Below are positions 26,569 to 35,889 of a stretch of 64,000 nt of DNA, piece by piece. Origin of the DNA: Bacteroidales bacterium (GTDB taxonomy: Bacteria; Bacteroidota; Bacteroidia; Bacteroidales; Azobacteroidaceae); assembly GCA_031552335.1 (NCBI GenBank), contig JAVBMQ010000052.1, forward strand, positions 8,925 through 72,924, given 5' to 3'. Within the stretch, counting starts at the first letter, position 1. Every line of letters begins with the position of its first letter. Under the pieces are notes generated by a model. It worked only from the letters and a program-made list of their open reading frames with translations. It searched no databases and was not told the origin of the DNA. A program made the translations under genes and the position numbers.

Positions 26569-28167
26569 TTATTCATTAACCTGATAATCAAACCAATCAT
26601 AATAGGCTTTTGTCTGACTTTGTTTTCCATTGGAAGTGGCATACAATCCTATCATTATTCCGGTGAAACCTCCGGCGACTTCCGTACTCAGGTAACGGGT
26701 ATCCAGGCGACCCAACTCTATATATTGCTGGCTTTTAGCATCTGCAGCATAGAAAATATATTGTAAAGGAGTACCTTTTATCCTGAATAAAAACTGATTA
26801 CCGGAAACATCCTGTTCGGCTGCGATATATGAAAGAGAACCAACCTGTACACGTAATTGAACTTTGGTTTGTCCGTTTGATTTTTTCAACAACAAGTCAT
26901 AATGATGTGTATTATTCTGAATCAAAGTAATACCTGCCTCTTCATTTTCCCCGGAAGGTTGGAAATCCAACCATGTTGTTGCAGTAAAATCATGTTCTGT
27001 TTGTCTACGGGCGATAAATGAAATTGATTCTGTTTCGTTTAAAGTAAAAGGGGATGCAGTAATCCGCAACCACCCTTTCTTTTCGGTTAACGAATAATTT
27101 TCACGAATCGGATTCCTTAAGTACTGCCATTCGAAACCAAGTTTATCCTCATTAAAACCGGTGCGAACAGGCACCTTTGCAAACGGATGAAGAGGTAAAG
27201 TCGGAAGTTCCATATTCAAAGATACGGTTCCGTTTCCGTTCACCTGAGGCCATCCGCCTTTGGGCCAATCGACCGGAGCGAGGAAGGTTTCTCGTCCGAG
27301 AATATGGTAGTATGAATAGGGTTGTGTAACACGGAATCCCAAAAAGACCATCCACCACGAACCATCTTTGGCTTGCACAAGATCGGCATGACCGGTACCT
27401 TGTATCGGGTTCCCCTGTCCTATCCGGTTGGCATGTGTCAATATCGGGTTTAACGGACATGATTCATAAGGGCCATAAATATTTTTACTTCTTCCTATGG
27501 TGGCGCTATGCATATATTCAGTCCCCCCCTCACCTAACAATAAATAATAAAATCCGTCTTTTTTATAAATATGAGGCGCTTCGGGAAACCGTCCTCCGAT
27601 ACCACCCCAAACGAGTTGCTCAGGGCCCGTCACTTTCCCGGTTTTAATATCTATCGGAGTAACCCGGATTCCTTCATTTCCCTGTGTTACAAAATATGTT
27701 TTCCCATCTTCATCCCAGAAGATATCGGGGTCGATACTATTTATAGCCACCCACACTGGTTCGCTCCAGGTACCGGCAGGGTCTTTTGCCGTACAATAAA
27801 AATTACCTCCTCCCGATACATTCGTGCAAATCACATAAAATAAGCCATCATGATAACGCAAAGATGGAGCAAACAATCCTCCGGAAGCAGGCGCTTTTTG
27901 CAGGGGAAGTTGCGAATCGCGGGTCAGGCAATGCCCTATTTGTTCCCAGTTAATCAAATCCTTGCTATGATAAATGGGCAAGCCCGGAAAATATTCAAAC
28001 GAAGAAGTTACAAGATAAAAATCGTCGCCCACCCGGCAAACACTCGGGTCGGGATTAAAACCTGGTATAACAGGATTTTTATACCCATTTTGCGCAAACA
28101 CACCAGCATTTGAATACGAAATTGCTGTTAAGCAAACAAACGCAATGATACAATTTAATAATTTCAT
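26569..28167 (-). CDS. GH43 beta-xylosidase/alpha-L-arabinofuranosidase with a C-terminal beta-sandwich
   Basis: GH43 motifs: NPVIPGFNPDPSVCRVGDDFYLVTSSFEYFPGLPIYHSKDLINWEQIGH and EAPHIYKKDGFYYLLLGEGG. Confidence 0.85.
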   Translation of the reverse strand: MKLLNCIIAFVCLTAISYSNAGVFAQNGYKNPVIPGFNPDPSVCRVGDDFYLVTSSFEYFPGLPIYHSKDLINWEQIGHCLTRDSQLPLQKAPASGGLFAPSLRYHDGLFYVICTNVSGGGNFYCTAKDPAGTWSEPVWVAINSIDPDIFWDEDGKTYFVTQGNEGIRVTPIDIKTGKVTGPEQLVWGGIGGRFPEAPHIYKKDGFYYLLLGEGGTEYMHSATIGRSKNIYGPYESCPLNPILTHANRIGQGNPIQGTGHADLVQAKDGSWWMVFLGFRVTQPYSYYHILGRETFLAPVDWPKGGWPQVNGNGTVSLNMELPTLPLHPFAKVPVRTGFNEDKLGFEWQYLRNPIRENYSLTEKKGWLRITASPFTLNETESISFIARRQTEHDFTATTWLDFQPSGENEEAGITLIQNNTHHYDLLLKKSNGQTKVQLRVQVGSLSYIAAEQDVSGNQFLFRIKGTPLQYIFYAADAKSQQYIELGRLDTRYLSTEVAGGFTGIMIGLYATSNGKQSQTKAYYDWFDYQVNE

Positions 28168-28188
28168 TTGAAAAATATGTTTTTAATA

Positions 28189-28227
28189 AAAAGCCTTGCA
28201 GATTGCAGTTGAACCCACAAGGCTTTT
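28189..28227 (-). terminator. Possible terminator or attenuator hairpin between the IPT lipoprotein gene and the GH43 gene
   Basis: 10-bp stem AAAAGCCTTG / CAAGGCTTTT with a 19-nt loop. On the minus strand a U-rich tract follows. The large loop lowers confidence. Confidence 0.4.
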
Positions 28228-28279
28228 CAAGACAAGTTGAATACAATCTTTTACCTTAAAATATTGTTAATAGTTCAAA

Positions 28280-29734
28280 TTACCTGGTGATATCTATGAT
28301 TCTGAAATTGTCAAAATAAATATCAACCATTTCCGATAAGTGTGCCGGATCACCTTTGGTACAAATCCACAAATCTTTATCGCCTGATGCTGCAAATGCG
28401 CTATAACTTGTTGCGGTGGTAAATGCCGACAGTGAGAATTCGCAGGTAATCCACTTGCCAGTGACAGAAGAGCCAGTATTCATATCCACAGGAACATAAT
28501 TTTCCAGCCAGCGGTTTTCATTCGTTAATCTCATATTGAAAAACGCCGGTGCTACAGGCTGAGCCATATAACATTCGAAACGAACACGCAAATTGCCTAC
28601 AGGAGTGTCATCCGGTATAACCGATGAAGAAGGAAATGCACAACTACTTACCATATTGCCCCACCACCATGGGTCAGTTTGTGGTCCGAATATACGGTAA
28701 CACACACCGGAAGAAATATATGGAGGCTTGGAACCATCCGCAGTGACCGATTCTGTGTGGTCTCCCCAGCTATACCAGCCGATACCGTTAAAATTGAGCA
28801 TCACATTTCCAATCGGATAGAATACTTTTGTTGAACTTGAATTTCCACCGGTAGCTGTGATGGTTATCACGCCACTCTTTGTCGGAGCCTGAGGCAGTCT
28901 GAAATAAATGGTGTCATTACTTGCAGAAATGACAAGCTCTTCTGCCGGGATATCAAATTCACCATTGATGTTCAGATTGGTTACGTCTACATAATAATCT
29001 CCTACAATGTAAGCCAGGTCACCAATAACAGGCATATCGCTACTGATTTTTTTGATAGTCGGAGGCGGTAAATTCATAAAGAATTCAATACTTGTACTGT
29101 CGGTATAGCAATACACGGCCAGTCGTCCATCTTCAATTCCTGCAGGTATGTTGAATAGAATACTTTTATAATCTTCGCTAACAGCATACTCAGCTACATC
29201 TACGTTCATTCCGGTTCCTCCTTCAAAAACGACCTTTTGTATTTCATAGAAATTATCTCCATATACAACCATTTTTGCTCCCGCTGTGGCCGGATATTTA
29301 TATGCCAAACGGTTAACTAAAGGAGCCGGAGAATAGATATGAAAAGCATAGGTTGCTATTCCATGGCTGGTCTCAATACGGATTTCATCCGGAAGGTCGG
29401 GATTAGTCCCTTTTAACTTAATGTCATTAGGCACGCTAACTATAATATTCGTGGAAGTACCGTAATTAGCATTGAAACTAACCTCCTGGTTGTTGATGAA
29501 TATTTTCTGTATCCCCGAAAGATTCTTCCCGATAATTGCAAGCATTTGTCCCGGAAAAGCATTTGTAAATGTGCTGTCGGCTTTTGCCGGATTGGTCAAT
29601 CTAACATAATGTATTTCGGGTTGACCTCCATCATCATCATCATCATCGTCGTCTTTACAAGAAGAAAAAGCAGAAATTCCAGCAATGGTTAGCAACAATA
29701 AGATATATCGATTGAATAATTTAATTGTTTTCAT
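28280..29734 (-). CDS. Surface glycan-binding lipoprotein (SusE/F-position, IPT/TIG-domain SGBP-like)
   Basis: Lipobox ...GISAFSSC followed by KDDDDDDDDGG. IPT-like segment GQMLAIIGKNLSGIQKIFINNQEVSF. It lies immediately downstream of susD. Confidence 0.65.
   Translation of the reverse strand: MKTIKLFNRYILLLLTIAGISAFSSCKDDDDDDDDGGQPEIHYVRLTNPAKADSTFTNAFPGQMLAIIGKNLSGIQKIFINNQEVSFNANYGTSTNIIVSVPNDIKLKGTNPDLPDEIRIETSHGIATYAFHIYSPAPLVNRLAYKYPATAGAKMVVYGDNFYEIQKVVFEGGTGMNVDVAEYAVSEDYKSILFNIPAGIEDGRLAVYCYTDSTSIEFFMNLPPPTIKKISSDMPVIGDLAYIVGDYYVDVTNLNINGEFDIPAEELVISASNDTIYFRLPQAPTKSGVITITATGGNSSSTKVFYPIGNVMLNFNGIGWYSWGDHTESVTADGSKPPYISSGVCYRIFGPQTDPWWWGNMVSSCAFPSSSVIPDDTPVGNLRVRFECYMAQPVAPAFFNMRLTNENRWLENYVPVDMNTGSSVTGKWITCEFSLSAFTTATSYSAFAASGDKDLWICTKGDPAHLSEMVDIYFDNFRIIDITR
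29630..29653 (-). repeat. Trinucleotide microsatellite (GAT)6(GAC)2 encoding Asp8 directly after the lipoprotein Cys-Lys
   Basis: The plus strand reads ATCATCATCATCATCATCGTCGTC, in frame with ORF 28280-29734. Confidence 0.9.
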
Positions 29735-29746
29735 ATTATAGAGATT

Positions 29747-31342
29747 TTATTCATTAAAATTATAAGGTTGCGGATCTTCCTTAAGCCGTGGATTCTGTAT
29801 CAAATCATTTTCCGGATACGGAAAGAAAATATTGTCTTTTGTAATTACTACCGCATTAGACGGTTCTTGAAGCGGTGTTTCAAAAATGAGATTTCCATCT
29901 GTATCTTTTGTAATCGAATTGGTAGTCCACCCGCGTTGCTGGCTGTTGAAATAAAGCAACATCTTTTCCGGCTTGTAGCAATACCAGGAAACCATATCAT
30001 ACCAATTGCAATACTCCATAGCAAATTCGATACGGCGTTCCTTAATAAGATCGTCAAGGGTGATTGATGACTTCCTTGCAATTTTAGCCCTGTCCCTGAC
30101 CTTATTGAAATATTCCAAACCATCTCCTTCTGTCAATGAAGTGCTATTTCCCAAACAAGCTTCCGCATAAGTGAGATATACATCTGCCAGACGCAAAATA
30201 TAAGTATTCAAAGGAGAATTCATTGATTGTACTTTGCCATCGTTTTCATCGTCCGGCCCGCCGACAACACCTTTTTTAATTGGCGCTGATGTTCCTGTAT
30301 AAGTATAACCGCCTTTGGCAATATTAATATACGAATATTTAGAGCCCTGGGTAAAATAAGTGGCATTTCTTCTCAACGAGTCGGCCGGTTCATATAATTC
30401 CAGCATATCAATGGTTGCATTTAATCCTCCACCCCAGACGTTGATCCCTCCGGTTACTTCCGGAGAAAATGCAAGGTCGGCAAGAAGGGTATTACACACA
30501 AACCAGTCTCCAAGAGGAACCCATTGCATAGCAATTAAGGATTCAGGATTATTATTGTGTTTATATTTAAACAAATCTTCATAATTGTCATATAAGTTAA
30601 TGCCACTGTTCATGCAAACATCCCCTGCCAATTCGCGTGCTTTGGTCAAATCCGACTCATCGCGTGTACCACCTTTCTTCCAACCGGAACGAGCCAGGTA
30701 TACTTTAGCCAACATTCCTTTTGCACCCCAGGAAGTTGCACGTCCTTTATCCCATGTATCAGGCAGGTTATTCATCGCATAAGTGAGATCGTTGATAATG
30801 AATTGAAATACATCTTCTTCACGGTTGCGCGGCTGTAAGGGATTTCTTACAACTGTCAGGTTATCTTCTATCAAAATAACCGACCCCCACACCCGTAACA
30901 TATAGAAATAAGCAATACCTCTCATCAGCCGGGATTCAGCTATTGCCTGATTCTTTTGAATACCGGTAACATTTGTCGCTTTTGTATTCACAGCATCAAT
31001 AGTTGCATTAGCCAATGTAACTACCGAGTAAAAAGATTCCCACGTTTTGGAAAGCCCTTCATCCAGCGATGTTACGGTAAATAAGGTATAAGATGGATTC
31101 ATCCATGGATTATAGCCATCGTTTGCACGGAGACTTCCGACAGCGACTGCCGGACGTTCGTTGTAACTAAACCAGGCACGATTGTATAATGGTGCTGTAG
31201 CTGCTTTCAGCGCTTCAGGAGAAGTATAGAATGTAGCGTCAACATATGTACCTTCCGGTTCTCTTACAAGAAAATCATCTCCGCAAGAAGCCATCGCGGA
31301 AAGCAGGAGAACTGATATAATGATTTGAATTATTTTGTTCAT
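29747..31342 (-). CDS. SusD/RagB-family outer-membrane glycan-binding lipoprotein
   Basis: Lipobox LLSAMASCGDDF. SusD-like helical N-terminal half (RGIAYFYMLRVWG, AKVYLAR). It lies 22 nt downstream of the SusC-like gene. Confidence 0.9.
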   Translation of the reverse strand: MNKIIQIIISVLLLSAMASCGDDFLVREPEGTYVDATFYTSPEALKAATAPLYNRAWFSYNERPAVAVGSLRANDGYNPWMNPSYTLFTVTSLDEGLSKTWESFYSVVTLANATIDAVNTKATNVTGIQKNQAIAESRLMRGIAYFYMLRVWGSVILIEDNLTVVRNPLQPRNREEDVFQFIINDLTYAMNNLPDTWDKGRATSWGAKGMLAKVYLARSGWKKGGTRDESDLTKARELAGDVCMNSGINLYDNYEDLFKYKHNNNPESLIAMQWVPLGDWFVCNTLLADLAFSPEVTGGINVWGGGLNATIDMLELYEPADSLRRNATYFTQGSKYSYINIAKGGYTYTGTSAPIKKGVVGGPDDENDGKVQSMNSPLNTYILRLADVYLTYAEACLGNSTSLTEGDGLEYFNKVRDRAKIARKSSITLDDLIKERRIEFAMEYCNWYDMVSWYCYKPEKMLLYFNSQQRGWTTNSITKDTDGNLIFETPLQEPSNAVVITKDNIFFPYPENDLIQNPRLKEDPQPYNFNE

Positions 31343-31364
31343 GATTTTATCTGTTTTTACAATA

Positions 31365-34300
31365 TTAGAATGTAAGATTTAAACCGAATGTATAGATTCT
31401 CTGGGAAGGATAACGGGCATAATCGATTCCCCGGGTAGTCACATTTTGGTGATAAGCTCCGATTTCAGGATCATATCCTGTATATTTTGTAAAAGTATAC
31501 AAGTTTTGAACATTTGCATACACCCTTATTGTCTCAATCTGGAATTTTGATAATAAGTTTTTAGGTAATGTATATCCTAAAGAAACATTCTTGATGCGAA
31601 GGTAAGAGCCGTCTTCAACGAACCGGTCACTCATACGGCTGTTATCATTTGCATCAACTACTGTTATGCGTTGTACTTTAGCTCCAGGATTAGCAACCCT
31701 TACATTTGAAATATCCTGATCAGAACCATTCGGATCTATCTTTTCAATAACAGCTAATTGGGTAGTTTCCTTCAATAACCCGCTATTTTTCATCGGGTTT
31801 GTGAAATCTTTACGCAATTGATTGTATATTTTATTGCCAAATACTCCATTCAGGAATATATTAAAATCAAATCCTTTATATGAAAGAAAATTATTAAAGC
31901 CGAATACAAACTTGGGTTCCGGATTTCCAATGAAATCACGGTCTTCTTCATCAATTTTTCCATCTCCGTTTTTATCCTCAAAAATAAAATCTCCGACCCA
32001 AACGCCATTCACATCAATTGTTTTATCCTTGGGAATAGCAATCTGAACTTTATTTCCATTTTCATCCAGAATAAAATTCCCCTGATTGTCTTTCTTGTAA
32101 AAATCACTTTCGTCTTTGAACATACCAATCACTTTATAGCCGTAAAACTGTCCGATTGGCTTACCTACTTGTGTATAGGTGAATGTTTCCGCCCCAATTT
32201 CTCCCAGGACATTGGAAGTTTCCGTATACAGGCCGGTTACTTTATTCCTGTTGAATGAAAATGTAAGCCCGGTTTCCCAGAAAAATCCTTTGGTATTAAT
32301 GTTAATAGTATTCAGTGTAAATTCCATTCCCTTATTAACCATGGTAGGATCATTTACCCACGGAGCGGAAATTAATCCGCTGATATAACCGGGAAGCTCT
32401 GCTCGCATCAGCAGGTTATCTATGTTTTTGATATATCCGTCGACAATAAATTCAAGGCGACTGTTGAACATATTTAAGTCTATCCCTATATTATAAGAAT
32501 CTGTTTTTTCCCATTGTAAATCGGGATTAGGATAGTTTCCCGGATAAAATCCCGTACCCCAGATGGAAGCTGCTGTAGCCATTGTAACTTCATAAGCATT
32601 AGAACCTGCCCATTGATTACCGACTTTTCCCCAACCTAATCTTAATTTCAGATTGTCTATTGTCTTCACATCTTCCATGAATTGTTCTTTATTGATTCTC
32701 CATGCTAAAGCGAATGACGGGAATGTGCCCCATTTGTTATTAGAACCAAAAGTAGAAGAACCGTCTCTACGAAGTGTGGTTGTTAACAAATAGCGGTCAT
32801 TGAAGGCATAATTTAATCTTCCGTAGAATGATTCGAGAGCGGAAGATCCTCTTGAACTCCCATTCTTAGCTGTTTTAGAATCACCCGCATCTAATTCATG
32901 AACAGAGTTTAGAAAATAATTGGAACGGCTTCCTGTTAAATATTCCCAGTGATTTTCCAAAGCTTCAAATCCAACCATTAAAGAAAAATTATGAAGTTCT
33001 TTGAATTTGTTTGAATAAGTCGCATACGTTTTGAAACTGGTGGAAGCGCTGTTATTGGCGGATCTTGATCCCGAAGTTGGTTGAATATATTTCCCATAAT
33101 CATAGGAAGGAGTAAATTGGTAGCTGTTATTATAATTAAAATTACCGTACCCTTCCACTCTGAACACCAGTCCTTTAAAGGGGGTAATATCTGCAAAAAC
33201 ATTAGCGCTAAGCTGTGTTCCTTTCTGGTAATTTTCCCGCATGAGGGCTTCCGCCAAAGGATTCGCAAAATAAGTACCATACATATTTTCCTCTTGTGAT
33301 CCCCAGCTTCCATCCGGATTTCTGGCCGGCACTTCGGGTAGTTGCTTAATGGCCAAAGAAACTATATCTCCATTATCAATTGTATTCTCTTGTTTGGTAC
33401 GAGCTCCGTATGAACTGACTCCCATAGAAAACCAGTTTGTAACCTTTGTGTCAAGATTTATCCTCATAGAATAACGGTCAAAACCAGAACCGGTTGCTAT
33501 ACCGTCCTGACTGAATACACCTCCGGTAACAGCATATCTGCCTGCCTCTGTACCTCCTGAAACTGTTAATTGTTGATTATACATGGGGGCTAAACGGAAT
33601 ATTTCGTCCTGCCAGTCAGTTCCTTCTCCCAAAAGACCGGGATCTGCAAATTCTTCCCTGGCACCAAAACCAATAACATCCGCCCGTAAATTTTGATATA
33701 CAGCATATTCGCTTAGGTTCAGCACATCAAGTTTTTTCGGTAATTGTTGAATACCCCAATATCCATCGTATGTGACTTTGGTCTTACCCATCTGTCCTCG
33801 TTTGGTGGTAATCATAACAACACCATTTGATGCTCTTGTTCCATAAATAGCTGTCGCTGACGCATCCTTTAAAATATCCACAGATGCAATATCAGAGGGG
33901 TCTATTGAAGACAAAACACTGATATTCTTATCAGTTTTTCCTTCAATCGCAATTCCGTCGATAACATACAATGGTTCATTTCCATTTAATGAATTTGTAC
34001 CACGTATGCTCACTGAAATTCCGCCGCCCGGAACACCGGAGTTCTGGGTTACGGCCACCCCGGCCAGACGCCCTTGTAGCGCCTGTTCTATGGTAGTATT
34101 CACAGATTTACTGATGTCTTCTGCTGTTATAGAACCTACGGCACCTGTAATGTCACTTCTTTTCATTACTCCATAACCGACCACAACCACTTCACTCAAC
34201 ATTTTTTCATCTTCTTCCAGAGAAACATCCAGGATCGGTTTATTCACTTGTATTTCCTGCGTATTATAGCTGATGTAAGAAAATACCAGTGTTTTTCCTT

Positions 34301-34544
34301 TCTCTACATCAATTGTGTAATTTCCACTTCCATCAGTTATCACACCTTGAGATGTGCCTTTCACAGCCACAGATACGCCAATTAATGGTATCCCGGATGA
34401 CCTGTCAGTAACAATCCCGGATACATTTTGAACACCGGAATTCTGTGCAGTTACAGGCAACACAATAAACAAAAAGATAATCACATATTTCCATCGCCTT
34501 ATAAAGGAGAAAAAATCTTTTGTAAATAATTCGCTGTTTTTCAT
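31365..34544 (-). CDS. SusC-family TonB-dependent outer-membrane transporter
   Basis: 1059 aa. CarboxypepD_reg-like segment VSGIVTDRSSGIPLIGVSVAVKGTSQGVITDGSGNYTI. Plug region VVVGYGVMKRSDITGAV and ITTKRG. Terminal ...YTFGLNLTF. There is no STN domain. Confidence 0.92.
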   Translation of the reverse strand: MKNSELFTKDFFSFIRRWKYVIIFLFIVLPVTAQNSGVQNVSGIVTDRSSGIPLIGVSVAVKGTSQGVITDGSGNYTIDVEKGKTLVFSYISYNTQEIQVNKPILDVSLEEDEKMLSEVVVVGYGVMKRSDITGAVGSITAEDISKSVNTTIEQALQGRLAGVAVTQNSGVPGGGISVSIRGTNSLNGNEPLYVIDGIAIEGKTDKNISVLSSIDPSDIASVDILKDASATAIYGTRASNGVVMITTKRGQMGKTKVTYDGYWGIQQLPKKLDVLNLSEYAVYQNLRADVIGFGAREEFADPGLLGEGTDWQDEIFRLAPMYNQQLTVSGGTEAGRYAVTGGVFSQDGIATGSGFDRYSMRINLDTKVTNWFSMGVSSYGARTKQENTIDNGDIVSLAIKQLPEVPARNPDGSWGSQEENMYGTYFANPLAEALMRENYQKGTQLSANVFADITPFKGLVFRVEGYGNFNYNNSYQFTPSYDYGKYIQPTSGSRSANNSASTSFKTYATYSNKFKELHNFSLMVGFEALENHWEYLTGSRSNYFLNSVHELDAGDSKTAKNGSSRGSSALESFYGRLNYAFNDRYLLTTTLRRDGSSTFGSNNKWGTFPSFALAWRINKEQFMEDVKTIDNLKLRLGWGKVGNQWAGSNAYEVTMATAASIWGTGFYPGNYPNPDLQWEKTDSYNIGIDLNMFNSRLEFIVDGYIKNIDNLLMRAELPGYISGLISAPWVNDPTMVNKGMEFTLNTININTKGFFWETGLTFSFNRNKVTGLYTETSNVLGEIGAETFTYTQVGKPIGQFYGYKVIGMFKDESDFYKKDNQGNFILDENGNKVQIAIPKDKTIDVNGVWVGDFIFEDKNGDGKIDEEDRDFIGNPEPKFVFGFNNFLSYKGFDFNIFLNGVFGNKIYNQLRKDFTNPMKNSGLLKETTQLAVIEKIDPNGSDQDISNVRVANPGAKVQRITVVDANDNSRMSDRFVEDGSYLRIKNVSLGYTLPKNLLSKFQIETIRVYANVQNLYTFTKYTGYDPEIGAYHQNVTTRGIDYARYPSQRIYTFGLNLTF

Positions 34545-34596
34545 AATAATTTTTTATAAAAATACTAATTGATCTAACTTAGAATATTTTTATCAT

Positions 34597-35610
34597 TCAT
34601 TGGTTCACAACGCAGATTTTTTTCCCGTCAATGATATAAATGCCGTTTTGAAGTCCGTTTGCAGCGTTTGCTTTTTCAACCTGACTGCGGATTTTGATTC
34701 CCATAATAGTGTAAACATCTGTCAATCCGGAATCTTCATTGATTTTATTAGTAATAGTTCCTGTATCATCACCCTTTTTCAATAAATATATCTCTTCAAA
34801 ATGAACAACAGGGAATGGTTCCGTTAAAGCGGATTGCCAATTACTGCTTTGGAATTTAACGCTTACAACTGGTCCGGTAAAATTGACCTGGGCTGATAAA
34901 CTTCCCTTTGGTATACTGTTATAAGACGGAGATCCGGCCCCCTCATAAGTTACAACCATCTCGAGGTGATCAAAGGCAATAGCTTCGCTAAGCCCAACTA
35001 CGGCTCCCAAATATGTATCGTTACTTTTTACTGGATCGAAAGTCCAACCAACACCTTCATAATTATTCTTCAGAGTAATTGTGCCTTCGGTGGCATCGAT
35101 GAGTGATTGTCCCCAATCGGCAATCGCATTGCTCAATGACAAGGGTTCTTTTGTTGTAGTAATCGGGGCAGTCAATACTACTGAAGCAATGGATAAAAAT
35201 GGATAAGGAGGTTCCGTAGGGAATGCGCCATCCCATCTGCTGCTTTGAAATTGAATGCTTTCGACGTCATTGGTAAAACTGATGATCGATGATGTAGACC
35301 CGACAGATATCGGGGTGTAAACCGCATTCTCCTGTCCTGCATACTTGATTTTAATTTCAAGAAATGAATGGGATACTGTTTCTTTAAACGTGACTTTTAA
35401 ACCGGTATATTCGGCTTTGCTTATCGGAGTAGCAAATATCCAACCTACAGGTTCGTAATTACCTATCAGGGTGATAATGCCTTCAGTAGAATTAATAGTT
35501 GAAAGCGACCATTCCGCCACTGCATCGTTCAGTGATAAACTCAAGTCTTCAGCCTTTGAGAATTGCAGGCTAATGAATGTTAATGCGAGACAAAGTAATA
35601 AATGTTTCAT
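34597..35610 (-). CDS. Hypothetical secreted protein with two tandem ~135-aa domains of unknown family and a short T9SS-CTD-like tail; first gene of the susC operon
   Basis: The start was moved to ATG 35610 (MKHLLLCLALTFISLQFSKA). Repeat 1: LSLSLNDAVAEWSLSTINSTEGIITLIGNYEPVGWIFATP...SIQFQSSRWDGAF. Repeat 2: LSLSNAIADWGQSLIDATEGTITLKNNYEGVGWTFDPV...SVKFQSSNWQSAL. Tail: DVYTIMGIKIRSQVEKANAANGLQNGIYIIDGKKICVVNQ. Confidence 0.6.
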   Translation of the reverse strand: MKHLLLCLALTFISLQFSKAEDLSLSLNDAVAEWSLSTINSTEGIITLIGNYEPVGWIFATPISKAEYTGLKVTFKETVSHSFLEIKIKYAGQENAVYTPISVGSTSSIISFTNDVESIQFQSSRWDGAFPTEPPYPFLSIASVVLTAPITTTKEPLSLSNAIADWGQSLIDATEGTITLKNNYEGVGWTFDPVKSNDTYLGAVVGLSEAIAFDHLEMVVTYEGAGSPSYNSIPKGSLSAQVNFTGPVVSVKFQSSNWQSALTEPFPVVHFEEIYLLKKGDDTGTITNKINEDSGLTDVYTIMGIKIRSQVEKANAANGLQNGIYIIDGKKICVVNQ

Positions 35611-35691
35611 GATTCTTAAATTAAAGTTATTTGACAAAAAATTATATTCTATACCACAGAAATTCTTAGTCAGTTCCTCTGGATTCGAGAA

Positions 35692-35737
35692 CAAAAATAA
35701 CGTGTTATCCTTTTTATACGGTGATTAAATGTTGCAT
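35692..35737 (-). promoter_or_regulatory. Candidate promoter module for the susC operon: box ATGCAACATTT - N27 - TATTTTTG
   Basis: On the minus strand, the 11-bp box (35737->35727) is followed by 27 nt and then an exact TAnnTTTG match (35699->35692). ATG 35610 lies 82 nt downstream. Confidence 0.5.
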
Positions 35738-35821
35738 ACATGGTGCGTAAATGTTAAGTATCAAAAAAGGCCCATCTATGAAACATTTACACCCCTTCCT
35801 TATTTAATATCAGCCTGTTCG

Positions 35822-35867
35822 ATGCAACATTTCATCAAAAGTTTTAAGAAAATAGTATATACCTTTG
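35822..35867 (+). promoter_or_regulatory. Candidate promoter module for the GH31-GH2-GH5 operon: box ATGCAACATTT - N27 - TACCTTTG
   Basis: The box at 35822-35832 is the perfect reverse complement of 35727-35737. After 27 nt comes a TAnnTTTG match at 35860-35867, and ATG 35890 is 23 nt downstream. An extra box ATGAAACATTT lies at 35778-35788. Confidence 0.5.
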
Positions 35868-35889
35868 TTCTATAAATTATTATTAAGCC

